This document shows, piece after piece, positions 37,944 to 48,375 of a stretch of 62,543 nt of DNA. Where the stretch lies: positions 1 through 62,543 of the forward strand of contig JBMYPC010000001.1 in the NCBI GenBank assembly GCA_049599895.1. Direction: 5' to 3'. This DNA is from Bacteriovoracaceae bacterium. GTDB lineage: Bacteria; Bdellovibrionota; Bacteriovoracia; Bacteriovoracales; Bacteriovoracaceae. The notes under the pieces were generated by a model. It made no database searches and had not been told where the DNA came from. It was given only the letters and a program-made list of their open reading frames with translations. Positions within the stretch are counted from its first letter, which is position 1; each line of letters begins with the position of its first letter. The position numbers and the translations under genes are program-made.

Positions 37944-39348
37944 TCTTGGGCTTTATGCCTTTGTTTTAGTTCTAGTTCTAGTCCAAGGCTTTTCATCTGA
38001 GGCCTTTGCTTCAAGCCGAACAGTCAAAAGCCGTTTCCTTGGACAGCAAGGGGATAGTTATTCTTTTATTAAGGGACAACTTCTTTATGAATCTTTTCGA
38101 GAAGCCATCTCTGAAGAGCTAAGTGAAATGGGCCTTGAAACCGAGCAGTTTTGGCAAAAGTATGAAGAGGGATTTAACTTAAGCTTTCAAAATATAGACA
38201 ATCGATTAAAAAAGCGCTTTGGCCTAGAAGAAAACTCATCAGCAAAGAAAAAGCCCAATAAGATTGAATATGTAAAACAGAAAAGAAAGGCCCGTCTTCT
38301 GAAAAGAAAATCTTGGGGAAGTCTTTCTAAGCTTGTCAGTAAGTTCTCAATAAAGAAAAACTCAAGATCAACAAAAAACCCTAACCTTCGTTTTATGCAA
38401 GTTAAGGTCGATTTAAATCGACGACTTCTTCACCAATACTATTTAAAGTTAATGACTGAAAAAAAGATTGCTGAGTTTGACGGTTTTAATCTCGACCTTG
38501 TGCTTGTTCTTGAAAGTGGTAATTGGACCGACCTTGGAGTTCTCAATGAAGGGGTTTTTAAATCGGCTCTTGAGAAATCATGGAGAAAGTGGATTGATAA
38601 AAATTATAGTGAATTTCTTGTCGGCGGAGTCAGTGAAGCAATTGATGAGGGGGAAACTGAAGAACAGTCAGAGAGTATGATTGAACAAACTGATCTTGAG
38701 TCACTTGAGTCTGAAAGTGGATCAGGGCAAATTTTACGAGTGACTAAAGAGAGCACACCATCGGGGAAAATTCTCAATTTTAAGGTCGAAGTAAATATTC
38801 AAAAACTTAGTGAATCAGATTTTGATAAAACAAAAGAGTTTCGGTTTAATATTTATACCTCTCTTGCAAACTCAGAGACAGGAAAGCTCATTGCCTTTGA
38901 AGACATCTCAAAAGAAAGCGCGACCTTTTCTTATCAAGATCCTAAATCTCTTGCGTCTTCAACAGCAAGTTCCGTTTTTAATCTTCCTCTTGGAAACTTT
39001 CACAATATTAAAAGAAAGCTTCTTCGAATTAAGGCGAGTCATTCGGAGTTGATAGTTCAATTTCCTCATGATCTTTCTTATTTGTTGAAACTTAAAAACT
39101 TGTTGGAAGATCAGGGAATTCCTCTTGGTCTTCAAGCAACGATTGAGAACTTTTCTAAGCAAACGAGTTCCTTAAAAGTTTCCTATAATGGGGATTCAGA
39201 GAAACTTTTTAATCTTATGAACACAGCTCTTTCAAAAGAGACATATGCAAATGAGGCCGTGCAGGTTTCAAAGGGATCTCGATCTGATGAGCTTCTTTTA
39301 ACACTCGATAGTTCTGGGATCATTTCAGAGGGACAAGAAAAGATATGA
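37876..39348 (+). CDS. Hypothetical exported protein (490 aa)
   Basis: The long ORF has a hydrophobic segment, LGLYAFVLVLVLVQGFSSEAFA. The only in-frame canonical start is the ATG at 37876, which lies 68 nt inside dnaE. I recognise no motif. Confidence 0.55.
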   Translation: MKFLTIIVSSISSTGKFKPISISLGLYAFVLVLVLVQGFSSEAFASSRTVKSRFLGQQGDSYSFIKGQLLYESFREAISEELSEMGLETEQFWQKYEEGFNLSFQNIDNRLKKRFGLEENSSAKKKPNKIEYVKQKRKARLLKRKSWGSLSKLVSKFSIKKNSRSTKNPNLRFMQVKVDLNRRLLHQYYLKLMTEKKIAEFDGFNLDLVLVLESGNWTDLGVLNEGVFKSALEKSWRKWIDKNYSEFLVGGVSEAIDEGETEEQSESMIEQTDLESLESESGSGQILRVTKESTPSGKILNFKVEVNIQKLSESDFDKTKEFRFNIYTSLANSETGKLIAFEDISKESATFSYQDPKSLASSTASSVFNLPLGNFHNIKRKLLRIKASHSELIVQFPHDLSYLLKLKNLLEDQGIPLGLQATIENFSKQTSSLKVSYNGDSEKLFNLMNTALSKETYANEAVQVSKGSRSDELLLTLDSSGIISEGQEKI

Positions 39349-40265
39349 TGAGAATTTCAGTAATTGTATTAGTATTATTTTCACTCATTTCATGTAAAAG
39401 CAAAGTTGTCTCTCGAGATAGAGAAGGGAAAAGACCTCTTGATTATCCTAAGCAACAATTTGATGGAGTAAAGAAAAAGGTCGCATTATTAACATTCTTC
39501 AACGAGTCTCCTTATGGTGGAGAAGATCTTGGAATTGTTGCGACAGAGCATATGAGGTCGGAACTTCTCAGAACAGGAGAGTTTCTCATTGACCCAATGG
39601 GAAAGAAGCTTTTTGGAAGCTCCAAGGAGGTTTACGCTGGTGGTGGTGTAAAGCTTGCTCAACTTTCAAAGAAAGCAAAAGTTCAAGGAATAAACTTCGT
39701 TCTTTTTGGACGAATTATACGGGCCCGTATTCGAGAAAAGACTGATGAGATTGGACTTGTGAGAAAAACAAAGTCCTACACGGAATCAGAAATTGAAGTT
39801 CGAATTTTTGATGTCAATTCGAATAAAGAAATTTATTCAGATACCATCGGCGGCTTTGCTGAAGATGCTTCTTTTAATTTCTTCACTTCAAATCGAGAGT
39901 CAAAGCTTTCCTATAGGCGAGAGCTTTTAAGGTATGGAGTTAAGGTTGCAATCAGAAGAGTTGTACCAAGAGTGATTAAAATCTCTTCAAAGCTTGATTG
40001 GATTGGAAGAGTTGCAAAAATTGTTGGATCCAAAATCTATGTTAATGCTGGACGTGAGTCAGGGATTCAGATCTCAGATGTTTTAAAAGTTTTAACAGAG
40101 GGACAAGAGATCTTTGATCCTGAAAGTGGAGCTTTGATTGGAATATCCAAAGGGGAAATCAAAGGAACCCTTGAGATTGTCGACTACTTTGGTCCCGATG
40201 GAGCAATCGCCATTTTGCATAGTGGCGGCTCAGTTCAAGAGGGTGACTTTGTCATGCTCTACTAG
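39345..40265 (+). CDS. CsgG/LpoB-like lipoprotein with C-terminal FlgT-C-like beta domain
   Basis: The lipobox is SLISC. The segments KKKVALLTFFNESPYGGEDLG and GINFVLFGRI...VRIFDVNSNKEIY fit the CsgG/LpoB-type pattern. The start overlaps the upstream stop in an ATGA. Confidence 0.45.
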   Translation: MMRISVIVLVLFSLISCKSKVVSRDREGKRPLDYPKQQFDGVKKKVALLTFFNESPYGGEDLGIVATEHMRSELLRTGEFLIDPMGKKLFGSSKEVYAGGGVKLAQLSKKAKVQGINFVLFGRIIRARIREKTDEIGLVRKTKSYTESEIEVRIFDVNSNKEIYSDTIGGFAEDASFNFFTSNRESKLSYRRELLRYGVKVAIRRVVPRVIKISSKLDWIGRVAKIVGSKIYVNAGRESGIQISDVLKVLTEGQEIFDPESGALIGISKGEIKGTLEIVDYFGPDGAIAILHSGGSVQEGDFVMLY

Positions 40266-40285
40266 TCTTGGTAGACTAGTCCCAT

Positions 40286-41344
40286 ATGTACGATCTCTTT
40301 AAATCTCTTGCCTTTACCTTAGACGCTGAAGTTGCTCATAACTTAGCGATGAAGACATTATCTAAGTTTCCATCATTGAGTTATAAGTTTATCCCTAATC
40401 CCGAAATAGAGATTCATGATCAAAAATACACACTTTCTTGTGGCGGGCTTGATTGGCGATTTCCTATAGGCCTTGCAGCAGGACTTGATAAAAATGCTGA
40501 GGCGATTAACTATTTTTCAAAACTCTTATTTGGCGCCATTGAAGTGGGAACGGTCACTCCAATGCCTCAAGCCGGTAACGACAAACCAAGGTTGTTTCGT
40601 CTTGAAGAAGAGTTTTCATTAAGAAATCGAATGGGCTTTAATAATAAGGGAATGGATATCGCTTACGAGAATATTTCAAAAGCAAAAAGAAATGCAGAGC
40701 TTCTCGGTGTTAATCTTGGTAAAAACAAAGTGACATCTCAAGAGGATGCCGCTTTTGATTATTGTAAACTCTATGAAAAGTTTCACCAAATTGCTGACTA
40801 TCTTGTCATCAATATAAGCTCTCCCAATACTCCTGGACTTCGAGATCTTCAAAGTCGAAAGGAAATTGAAAGAATTTTAAAATCTCTTGAAGAGCTAAGA
40901 GCAAAATATCCAAAACCATTATTTCTTAAAATGTCACCTGATATGAATGAGGACGATGCAAAAGATCTGGTAAGAGTTTGCTCAGATTTTAAGCTTTCAG
41001 GGATCATTGCCACTAATACAACTGTGATGCCCGATAGGGGAGCTGGTGGAATATCTGGAAAGCTTATTAAGGATCGGTCTCAGAGTATGAGAAAAACGAT
41101 TCTCGACTTTATTAAAAAAGAGCAGATGCCAATTGATGTTATTGGAGTTGGGGGAATTGATTCCTTTGATGAGATTCTTGAATTCTGGAAACTTGGTGGC
41201 AAAACCGTACAGATTTATACGTCTTTTATTTATCATGGGCCTGAGCTTTTAAGTCGATTTAAAAGTGATATTGACGAACATCTCTCCAGCAAAGGGCTTA
41301 ATGATCTTCAAGAACTTTGGAAATCGTTACAGTCAGGTTTTTAA
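40286..41344 (+). CDS. pyrD: Dihydroorotate dehydrogenase (quinone), class 2
   Basis: The matching segments are GLAAGLDKNAEA, IEVGTVTPMPQAGNDKPRLFRL, NRMGFNNKG, NISSPNTPGLR and IATNTT. Confidence 0.9.
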   Translation: MYDLFKSLAFTLDAEVAHNLAMKTLSKFPSLSYKFIPNPEIEIHDQKYTLSCGGLDWRFPIGLAAGLDKNAEAINYFSKLLFGAIEVGTVTPMPQAGNDKPRLFRLEEEFSLRNRMGFNNKGMDIAYENISKAKRNAELLGVNLGKNKVTSQEDAAFDYCKLYEKFHQIADYLVINISSPNTPGLRDLQSRKEIERILKSLEELRAKYPKPLFLKMSPDMNEDDAKDLVRVCSDFKLSGIIATNTTVMPDRGAGGISGKLIKDRSQSMRKTILDFIKKEQMPIDVIGVGGIDSFDEILEFWKLGGKTVQIYTSFIYHGPELLSRFKSDIDEHLSSKGLNDLQELWKSLQSGF

Positions 41345-41379
41345 TTAGAAAGTGATATTGCAAATTTTCTCTCTATCCC

Positions 41380-41409
41380 AAGATATCTTTAGAGATTAAG
41401 ATATCTTTA
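41380..41409. repeat. Two identical copies of AAGATATCTTTA (core AAGATATCTT is itself palindromic), 18-nt period
   Basis: I read the copies directly at 41380-41391 and 41398-41409. They lie in the gap between convergent pyrD and typA. Confidence 0.6.
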
Positions 41410-41491
41410 TGAGTTTAGCCCAATTTACTCTAAAGAGTCTGAACTTGTGAATCTTAATGGAGAAGAAAAGAAATAAATTCTTTTTTTGATT

Positions 41492-43318
41492 CTACTCTCT
41501 AATCACAGAACGTTTGTTGGCTTCGAGGTTTTTCTTTCGAATTCTAATCTTTTCAGGTGTGGCCTCAACCCATTCATCGTTATCGATCCAATCAAGAGCA
41601 AAGTCTAGAGTCATTTCTGGAACAGGTGGAAGAATAATGTTTTCATCTTTACCTGCTGTTCTCACACTTGAAACGTGTTTGGCCTTAACAGCATTAACAT
41701 TAATATCATTTTTTCTTGTATGCTCTCCAACGACCATACCTTCATAGACTTTGTCGCCGACAGTAACAAACTGTCTTCCAGTTGAAAGAAGATTAAAGAG
41801 GGCATAGCCTGTTGTTTTTCCTGTTCGATCAGCGATAATCGCACCTTGAGATCTGGCGAGCATTGAACCAAGGTATTCTCGGTAATCTAAAAAGTAAGAG
41901 GACATAAGTCCTTCACCTTTTGTCATTGTGAGAAACTTTGAGCGAAGACCAATGAGTCCTCTTGAAGGAACTGTAAATTCAAGCCTCTGTCGGTCTTCGC
42001 CGATTTTAACAAGGTTGCCCATGATTCCTTTTCTTTCTGCCATGGCCTCGGTGATTGAACCCGTAAACTCTTCGGGAATATCGATAACAACATTCTCAAA
42101 GGGCTCCATTTTCACGCCATCTTCTTCAATAAAAAGAACTTCAGGGCGAGAGACCATAAATTCGTAACCTCTTCTTCGAAGTTCTTCAAAAACGATGGCA
42201 AGCTGAAGTTCACCACGACCTTTAAGTCTATAAATTTTTGGATCATCTGTGGGTTCATATTGAAGGGCCACATTATGACGACAAACATCTTCGAGATATT
42301 CTTCAAGTTTTCTTGATGTGAGGTATTCACCTTCTTGGCCACTAAAAGGAGAAGTGTTAACAGAGACGTTTACACTTACTGTTGGTGGATCAATTGAGAT
42401 TCTTGGTAAAGCCTCAGGCTTTTCTGTATTAGAAATAGAGTCTCCAATATTAGCACCAGTGATTCCTGATATCTGAACAATTTCTCCAGCTTCTGCGGAA
42501 TCAACTTGTTCAAGACCTAGGCCTCCAAAAATTTCAAGTTGAGTCACTCTAAATTTTTTCTGCTTATCGTCTTTCCCAAGAAGAAGAACTTCTTGGTTCT
42601 TTGCAACTTTACCACGGTGAATTCGACCAATGACTTGGGGTCCAAGGTAATTATCATAAGAAAGGTTTGTTACCAGAAGTTGAAAGTCTGGGCCTTCTGC
42701 AATTTGCGGAGCTGGAAAATAATCACTCGCTAAGAAGTCGAGTAGGGGATTGAGGTCAGCGCACTCATCATATTTTTCCATTTCATCTGAACATCGGCCT
42801 TCTTTAGCTGAAGCATAGAAAAAGGGAATATCAAGATCGATATCTTCTCGATCGACGATGGTGGCAAGGTCAAGAAGAAGGTCAATGGCCTCTTCTTTAA
42901 CTTCATCAACTCTTGCATCATGACGATCAACTTTATTGATCACACAAGCAATTTTAATTCCTCTTTGCAGAGCTTTTTGTAGAACAAATCTTGTTTGTGG
43001 GAGTGGCCCTTCGGCAGCATCAACAAGAAGAATACATCCATCCACCATCATCAGTGATCTTTCCACTTCTCCACCGAAGTCGGCGTGACCTGGAGTATCG
43101 ATAAGATTAATCTTTCGATCCTTCCAATGGATAGCGCAGTTTTTCGCCTTGATCGTAATCCCTCTTTCTTTTTCAATGTCACCACTGTCAAGAATTCTGT
43201 CCTGGTCCTGGCTCTTTCGGTCAAGAGTGTTGGACTGTTTGAGAAGGCCGTCCATCATAGTGGTTTTTCCATGGTCAACGTGGGCGACGATGGCAATATT
43301 TTTAAGGGTTTGATGCAT
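41492..43318 (-). CDS. typA: Translational GTPase TypA/BipA
   Basis: The GTPase motifs AHVDHGKTT, DTPGHADFGGEVER and NKVD are present. An EF-G-like domain order follows. The length is 608 aa. Confidence 0.95.
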   Translation of the reverse strand: MHQTLKNIAIVAHVDHGKTTMMDGLLKQSNTLDRKSQDQDRILDSGDIEKERGITIKAKNCAIHWKDRKINLIDTPGHADFGGEVERSLMMVDGCILLVDAAEGPLPQTRFVLQKALQRGIKIACVINKVDRHDARVDEVKEEAIDLLLDLATIVDREDIDLDIPFFYASAKEGRCSDEMEKYDECADLNPLLDFLASDYFPAPQIAEGPDFQLLVTNLSYDNYLGPQVIGRIHRGKVAKNQEVLLLGKDDKQKKFRVTQLEIFGGLGLEQVDSAEAGEIVQISGITGANIGDSISNTEKPEALPRISIDPPTVSVNVSVNTSPFSGQEGEYLTSRKLEEYLEDVCRHNVALQYEPTDDPKIYRLKGRGELQLAIVFEELRRRGYEFMVSRPEVLFIEEDGVKMEPFENVVIDIPEEFTGSITEAMAERKGIMGNLVKIGEDRQRLEFTVPSRGLIGLRSKFLTMTKGEGLMSSYFLDYREYLGSMLARSQGAIIADRTGKTTGYALFNLLSTGRQFVTVGDKVYEGMVVGEHTRKNDINVNAVKAKHVSSVRTAGKDENIILPPVPEMTLDFALDWIDNDEWVEATPEKIRIRKKNLEANKRSVIRE

Positions 43319-43570
43319 TGCGAATTACCTTGAGCTAAAGATTGTATTTCCGATAAATTTAGCCAAAGAGATGTTCCCAGGCAACTGATATATTCGGTTA
43401 AATTGTCATAATTTGGTTCAAATGAACATGTTGGTCCAAGCAGTTCTACTTGATCTTGAGTAAAGAAGCACTAAAATTGGTAATATTGAAGATTATTGAG
43501 TGGTATTGAAATGAGTGGGCTTAATTGAGAAACCACTGTCGATGATGGCCTAAGGGAAGCCCCTCTTCAA

Positions 43571-44059
43571 ATGGATCATATGCTAGAGGCGATAACTGTC
43601 CATATTGAAAAATCCAGCTCTCTCGAAGGCCCGTCTAAGGCCAAGCATCTTCTCAAAGCGGGTGTTTACCAACGAATTGTCCAGCAGCTCGAACAGTCAG
43701 CTGAAACTCTCACTACGGCGTTTAATCTTTTTAAAGAATCTGGATCCATGGATGAAGCTCAGATCACTAAGCTTCGACTAGCGACAACCTTGGCATGGCA
43801 AGAGAAGTACACAAAAAGTGATGACTATTACAAAAAAGAAATCAAAAGGCTTGAAGGGGCAAAAGATCCTAAAAAACAAAAACTTTTGGCCTACGCTTTA
43901 GAGAATCTTGCAAAAAGTAAGTTTCGACGAAATTTTTATAAAGAAGCGCTCGATCTTTTTCTTGAAGCTCATGAAGTTCTGATGTTGATCGGAAGAGTTG
44001 AAGAAATGGGAAAGGTTAATGATTATATTCTTAAAACAAGAGAAAATCTTGAAGATTAG
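43571..44059 (+). CDS. Hypothetical helical (TPR-like) cytoplasmic protein
   Basis: This is a 162-aa ORF with helical-repeat-like composition. I see no convincing RBS. It overlaps the convergent downstream gene by 4 nt. Confidence 0.45.
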   Translation: MDHMLEAITVHIEKSSSLEGPSKAKHLLKAGVYQRIVQQLEQSAETLTTAFNLFKESGSMDEAQITKLRLATTLAWQEKYTKSDDYYKKEIKRLEGAKDPKKQKLLAYALENLAKSKFRRNFYKEALDLFLEAHEVLMLIGRVEEMGKVNDYILKTRENLED

Positions 44060-45453
44060 TAAGAATCGTTTTCATAGACTTCAAGAATATTGTCTTTTCC
44101 ACAGATTCCATTTTCGCCAAAGAGCTCACTAAGAGGATTTTCGGAAACATTTAAGAGACTTAAGTTAAACTGTTCTTCACAATCCCTGTCAAAAATATAC
44201 TTATGTCCTGCACCGTTAAGCTTAACGAGTTTTTTCTCTCCTAAAAGGGCTTCGTCATAATAGGCTTTGGCCCCAACGTAGGGAGTCACGGCATCCTGTG
44301 CTCCAGAGATTACGATAGTTGGAGTTGAGAGTGGAAAGTTTTTAAAATTGAAATCAGGATGATCTTTTCGATCATTTTGATAAACGTTTTTAAAGACTCG
44401 GTTGGAAAAAGACTTAAGTTTTGGGTTTCTTCTTAAGTCAGAAGTTCTCACAACTTCAGGCTTCTTAGGAACAAAAAGCTCTGATTCAATATATCTTTTA
44501 TACATCCAAGTAAAACCCTCTTTCATTTGTTGGTTAGGTTCTCGGTCTAGAAACTCAAGAGTCGATCCCACGAGAGTGAGAGCAATATTTTGCTGAAACT
44601 TTTGAGCGAGTTTTGATGTGGGGAAAGTTCCAAGATAACGAAGATAATAGAGGCTTGTGAAAAACTCAGGCCTTAATCCTAAAAGCTTAACTTGTTCAGT
44701 TAATTCAGGATGCTCAAAAAGTCGATTTTGAAGAACACATTTCTCGCCTGGTATTTCACCACAGATCTGGGGAGCAATATCAAAATAAAAAGATTTAACC
44801 ATTTTAAGTGTTACACCCTTAAGCTCTTCTAGAATTTGCAGTCGACTAAAAAGTTGATCGACATTGGAGATAAGAACTTCATCAAGAACTGAGTTCTTAG
44901 AGAGTTCTTTAGAAGGCAGAACTGATTGAAGGTAGAGCTTTTTGACTGACTCTGGATATTGGTGGGCAAAAAGATGGGCTGGCTTTGTACCGTAGCTAAT
45001 TCCGTAGATCATATCCCACGCATCGAGTTCATAAGCTTTTTGAATCTTTTTAATATCTTCAACAAAATGTTTTGTGGAAAGAAGTTCATCAAATTTCTCA
45101 CCTTGAGGCATCTCACTGCATCCACCCCCTCGAATATGGACAGAGAGAATGTTATGACTAGATTTTAAGTGCCTAATGGGAGAGTCCTGGATATGGGAAG
45201 TGATTCCTGGTCCCCCTTGAATATGAAGAATTGATGGTTTTTCGCTGTTAAATTTTTCAAGAGAAAAAGTGAAAAGCTTAAATGATTTATTGAGTACCGG
45301 TCTCTCTATCCATTTATGATAAGGATAAGTCGATTCACATAAGCTTTTAAGAGTGACTTTCTTTGGGGATTGAACTTGAGGTCTTCGAGTTCCGGATTCT
45401 TCTTTTCCACAGGCCATCATGAAGATCAGAGAAAAAAGAATCAAAGACTTCAT
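44056..45453 (-). CDS. Alpha/beta-hydrolase lipoprotein (prolyl-aminopeptidase/S33-like)
   Basis: The lipobox is FMMACG. The oxyanion region is HIQGGPG. The nucleophile elbow is GISYGT. Confidence 0.65.
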   Translation of the reverse strand: MKSLILFSLIFMMACGKEESGTRRPQVQSPKKVTLKSLCESTYPYHKWIERPVLNKSFKLFTFSLEKFNSEKPSILHIQGGPGITSHIQDSPIRHLKSSHNILSVHIRGGGCSEMPQGEKFDELLSTKHFVEDIKKIQKAYELDAWDMIYGISYGTKPAHLFAHQYPESVKKLYLQSVLPSKELSKNSVLDEVLISNVDQLFSRLQILEELKGVTLKMVKSFYFDIAPQICGEIPGEKCVLQNRLFEHPELTEQVKLLGLRPEFFTSLYYLRYLGTFPTSKLAQKFQQNIALTLVGSTLEFLDREPNQQMKEGFTWMYKRYIESELFVPKKPEVVRTSDLRRNPKLKSFSNRVFKNVYQNDRKDHPDFNFKNFPLSTPTIVISGAQDAVTPYVGAKAYYDEALLGEKKLVKLNGAGHKYIFDRDCEEQFNLSLLNVSENPLSELFGENGICGKDNILEVYENDSY

Positions 45454-45456
45454 AGA

Positions 45457-46158
45457 TTATCCTAAATAGTTAGGGCGTTGTTCATATTCGATGGGGTCTT
45501 CAATATTGATCTTTTGAAAGCCTCTAAGCCTTAAAGCACAACTATCACAAACTCCACAGGCCTTATCTTCTCTAGCGTAACAAGACCAAGTAAATTGCAG
45601 AGGAGCTTTTAAATCAATAGCCCTTTGAATGATTGAAGATTTTTGAAGATCAATGACCGGAGTGACGATTTCAATATCGCCTTCTTTTGTCCCTTCTTTA
45701 ATAAGAGCATTATAAGCTTGGTAATAGTTTGGGCGACAATCGGGATAACCTGATGAGTCTTCTTCAACGGCTCCGATATAAATCTTTTTTGCACCAATCA
45801 CTTCTGACCATGAAACGGCCATGGCGATAATATGTGTGTTTCGAAAAGGAACGTAGCTATCAGGGATTTCATCTGATTCCCCTTGATAGGTTTTCACGTT
45901 GATTCCTTGGTCTGTAAGAGAGCTCCCACCGATTTGACTTAAGAAACTTACATCGATTACTTTTTGATGAGTTTCTGGGACATTATAAAACTTTGCAATA
46001 TTTCTAAAGCATTCAAGTTCTTTGGCCTCGGTCTTTTGACCGTAATTTAAATGAAGAAAGGCAAGCCTTTCATGAGACCCATTGGCAATCGCCGCAGTCG
46101 TGAGTGAGTCCATGCCACCGCTAACAAGGACAATTGCAAGTTCTTGTGATTTGCTCAT
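45457..46158 (-). CDS. queC: 7-cyano-7-deazaguanine synthase
   Basis: The PP-loop is LVSGGMDS. The C-terminal zinc motif is CGVCDSCALRLRGF. I prefer the ATG at 46158 (MSKSQELAIV) over the track start at 46179. Confidence 0.9.
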   Translation of the reverse strand: MSKSQELAIVLVSGGMDSLTTAAIANGSHERLAFLHLNYGQKTEAKELECFRNIAKFYNVPETHQKVIDVSFLSQIGGSSLTDQGINVKTYQGESDEIPDSYVPFRNTHIIAMAVSWSEVIGAKKIYIGAVEEDSSGYPDCRPNYYQAYNALIKEGTKEGDIEIVTPVIDLQKSSIIQRAIDLKAPLQFTWSCYAREDKACGVCDSCALRLRGFQKINIEDPIEYEQRPNYLG

Positions 46159-46223
46159 TATGAAGATTCTTCTGTACAAAAGTCGCTATTTCGGCAACTT
46201 ATATTTTTACTACAGGAAAACTC

Positions 46224-47957
46224 TTAAACTTTTTCACACACTTGATCAATAAACCGGATAATTGTTTCAGTTTTTTCTTGGGCCAAGGCCTTCTTTTGGT
46301 CTAAATTGCCCTCAGTAGCTTGAATCATCACATAAAACTTGATTTTAGGTTCTGTTCCTGATGGACGAACAAATAGCTGGTTCCCATCTTGGAGTTTAAA
46401 GCCAAGAACATTACTTTTTGGATAACCTGTTCCTTCATTTAAAAGATCAAGCTTATCTGTAATACCGATTCCCGCTAGCTCTTGACCAAGATCATTTCTA
46501 AAAAAGCCCATAAGTCTTTGGATTTTTTCAGCGCCTTCTTTTCCTTGATAGACTTTATTGACAAGAGATTCTTCGGCAAAGCCAAAGCGGTTTGAGATTT
46601 CATCAAGTCCATCTTGAAGATCCATTCCTCGCTCTTTAAGCCAAAGAGCGACTTCGGCCATATGAACGACGGCACTGACTCCGTCTTTATCTCTGATATA
46701 AGGATGGTTGAGATAACCAAAAGATTCTTCCGTTGCAAAAAGAAAATCGGCATTTGAGTTCTCTGAAAAGACTTCATTCATCTTTCCACAGATCCACTTA
46801 AAGCCTGTGAGAGTCTTATAAGTTTTGACTCCATATTCATCAGCAATTCTTTCTTGAAGGGGAGAAGTTACGATGGTGTTCACGAAAAAAGAGTTTGTCC
46901 CAAGAGTCCCGTTAGCTTTTTTCTTTTCGAGTAAGTAGAAAAGTTTAAGATGACCAATTTGATTTCCATTAAGATATTTGACTTCACCATCTTTAATGAA
47001 GGCAACACCAAGACGATCGGTATCGGGGTCTGACCCGAAAACAAGATCACTATTTGTCTCTTTCATGAGCTTTACAGCAAGCTCAAGAGCTTCAGGGTTT
47101 TCTGGGTTTGGCGAAGTGACTGTAGGGAAGTTCCCATTTGGAGCATCTTGTTCAGCTACTGTTTTAAGACTAGTAAAACCTGCTGCTTTTAAGATTTTTG
47201 AGCATGGTTCAAGACCCGTTCCATGAATGGCCGTATAAACAATATTGAGATCTTTTCCTTTAGAATCACAAAGTTCTTTGTCTGTCACAATCGATTCAAC
47301 GACATTAGTGTAATAACCTTGTTCAATTTCATCACTAATCCATTCGATCTTTTTCTCATTCATCGCCTCATCAAAATCCACAAAAGGAATCTTTGAAAAG
47401 TCTGCAAGACCGTTGTACTGGCTAATGATTTTCCCATCGAGAGGAGGGATGACTTGGGCTCCATGCTCATTGAAAACTTTGTAGCCGTTGTACTCTGGTG
47501 GATTGTGGCTTGCTGTGACCATAATTCCAGCAGAACATTTAAGTTCTCTCACGGCGTAGCTTAAGAGGGCCACAGGGTTTAGAGTTTTATAAATCCAAAC
47601 TTTTAATCCATTAGCTGCAAAAACTCCCGCTGCTGTTTTTGCAAATTCAAAAGAAAAGTTTCTTGAATCATAAGAGATAGCGATCGAGCCACCTGGGTTA
47701 TTCTCTTTAACGGCATTGGCCAGAGCTTGGGAAGCTCGTCTTATCGTATAAACATTAATCCGGTTTGGACCGATTCCAATAATGCTTCTCAGCCCACCGG
47801 TTCCAAACTCAAGGTCACGGTAGAATCTTTCCGTAAGTTCTTTCTCGGCTTTCTCGTCTTTAGCGTCGATAAGTTTTTGAATTTCTTCTCTGTGGACTGC
47901 GTCAAATTCTTCGCTAGTGGCCCAATACTTTGCTTTTTCTAGAATGGTTGGTTCCAT
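46224..47957 (-). CDS. Alpha-D-phosphohexomutase family enzyme (phosphoglucomutase/phosphomannomutase type)
   Basis: The active-site Ser loop is TASHNPPEYNGYK. The metal loop is GSDPDTDRLG. The sugar loop is EESFGY. Confidence 0.85.
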   Translation of the reverse strand: MEPTILEKAKYWATSEEFDAVHREEIQKLIDAKDEKAEKELTERFYRDLEFGTGGLRSIIGIGPNRINVYTIRRASQALANAVKENNPGGSIAISYDSRNFSFEFAKTAAGVFAANGLKVWIYKTLNPVALLSYAVRELKCSAGIMVTASHNPPEYNGYKVFNEHGAQVIPPLDGKIISQYNGLADFSKIPFVDFDEAMNEKKIEWISDEIEQGYYTNVVESIVTDKELCDSKGKDLNIVYTAIHGTGLEPCSKILKAAGFTSLKTVAEQDAPNGNFPTVTSPNPENPEALELAVKLMKETNSDLVFGSDPDTDRLGVAFIKDGEVKYLNGNQIGHLKLFYLLEKKKANGTLGTNSFFVNTIVTSPLQERIADEYGVKTYKTLTGFKWICGKMNEVFSENSNADFLFATEESFGYLNHPYIRDKDGVSAVVHMAEVALWLKERGMDLQDGLDEISNRFGFAEESLVNKVYQGKEGAEKIQRLMGFFRNDLGQELAGIGITDKLDLLNEGTGYPKSNVLGFKLQDGNQLFVRPSGTEPKIKFYVMIQATEGNLDQKKALAQEKTETIIRFIDQVCEKV

Positions 47958-48126
47958 ACTAAGATCCTTTAGGTCATGATTTCAAATGATTGAACGGATC
48001 TTCCCAAAATAGTGAAAAATTGGCAATAGACATGGGGTTAGAGAGCATCAGAAAACCTTGTCATTTCACTATGTTTTAAGCATATTGGGGACCATATCAC
48101 ACAGGTTTTTCTCCCAAGGAGCATTC

Positions 48127-48375
48127 ATGGCGAATCCTAGTCTCAAACATTCCAAAAATATTGAAGGTGCTTGGTATTGTACTGACCCAGATGATGAAAA
48201 TGGTGAAGGGTGTATTGCTTGTAATGTTTGTTATACAGGGGCCCCAGAGTTTTTCGCAGAAGACGAAGACGGTAACGCCTATGTTAAGAAGCAGCCACAG
48301 ACTGAAGATGAGATCGAACTTTGCCAAGAGCAGTTAGACGCTTGTCCAGTCGCTTCCATTGGCGATGATGGTTAA
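48127..48375 (+). CDS. Small ferredoxin
   Basis: The ATG at 48127 follows aaggag. The cluster motif is CIACNVC...CP. The composition is acidic. The track start at 48058 adds an unlikely extension. Confidence 0.7.
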   Translation: MANPSLKHSKNIEGAWYCTDPDDENGEGCIACNVCYTGAPEFFAEDEDGNAYVKKQPQTEDEIELCQEQLDACPVASIGDDG

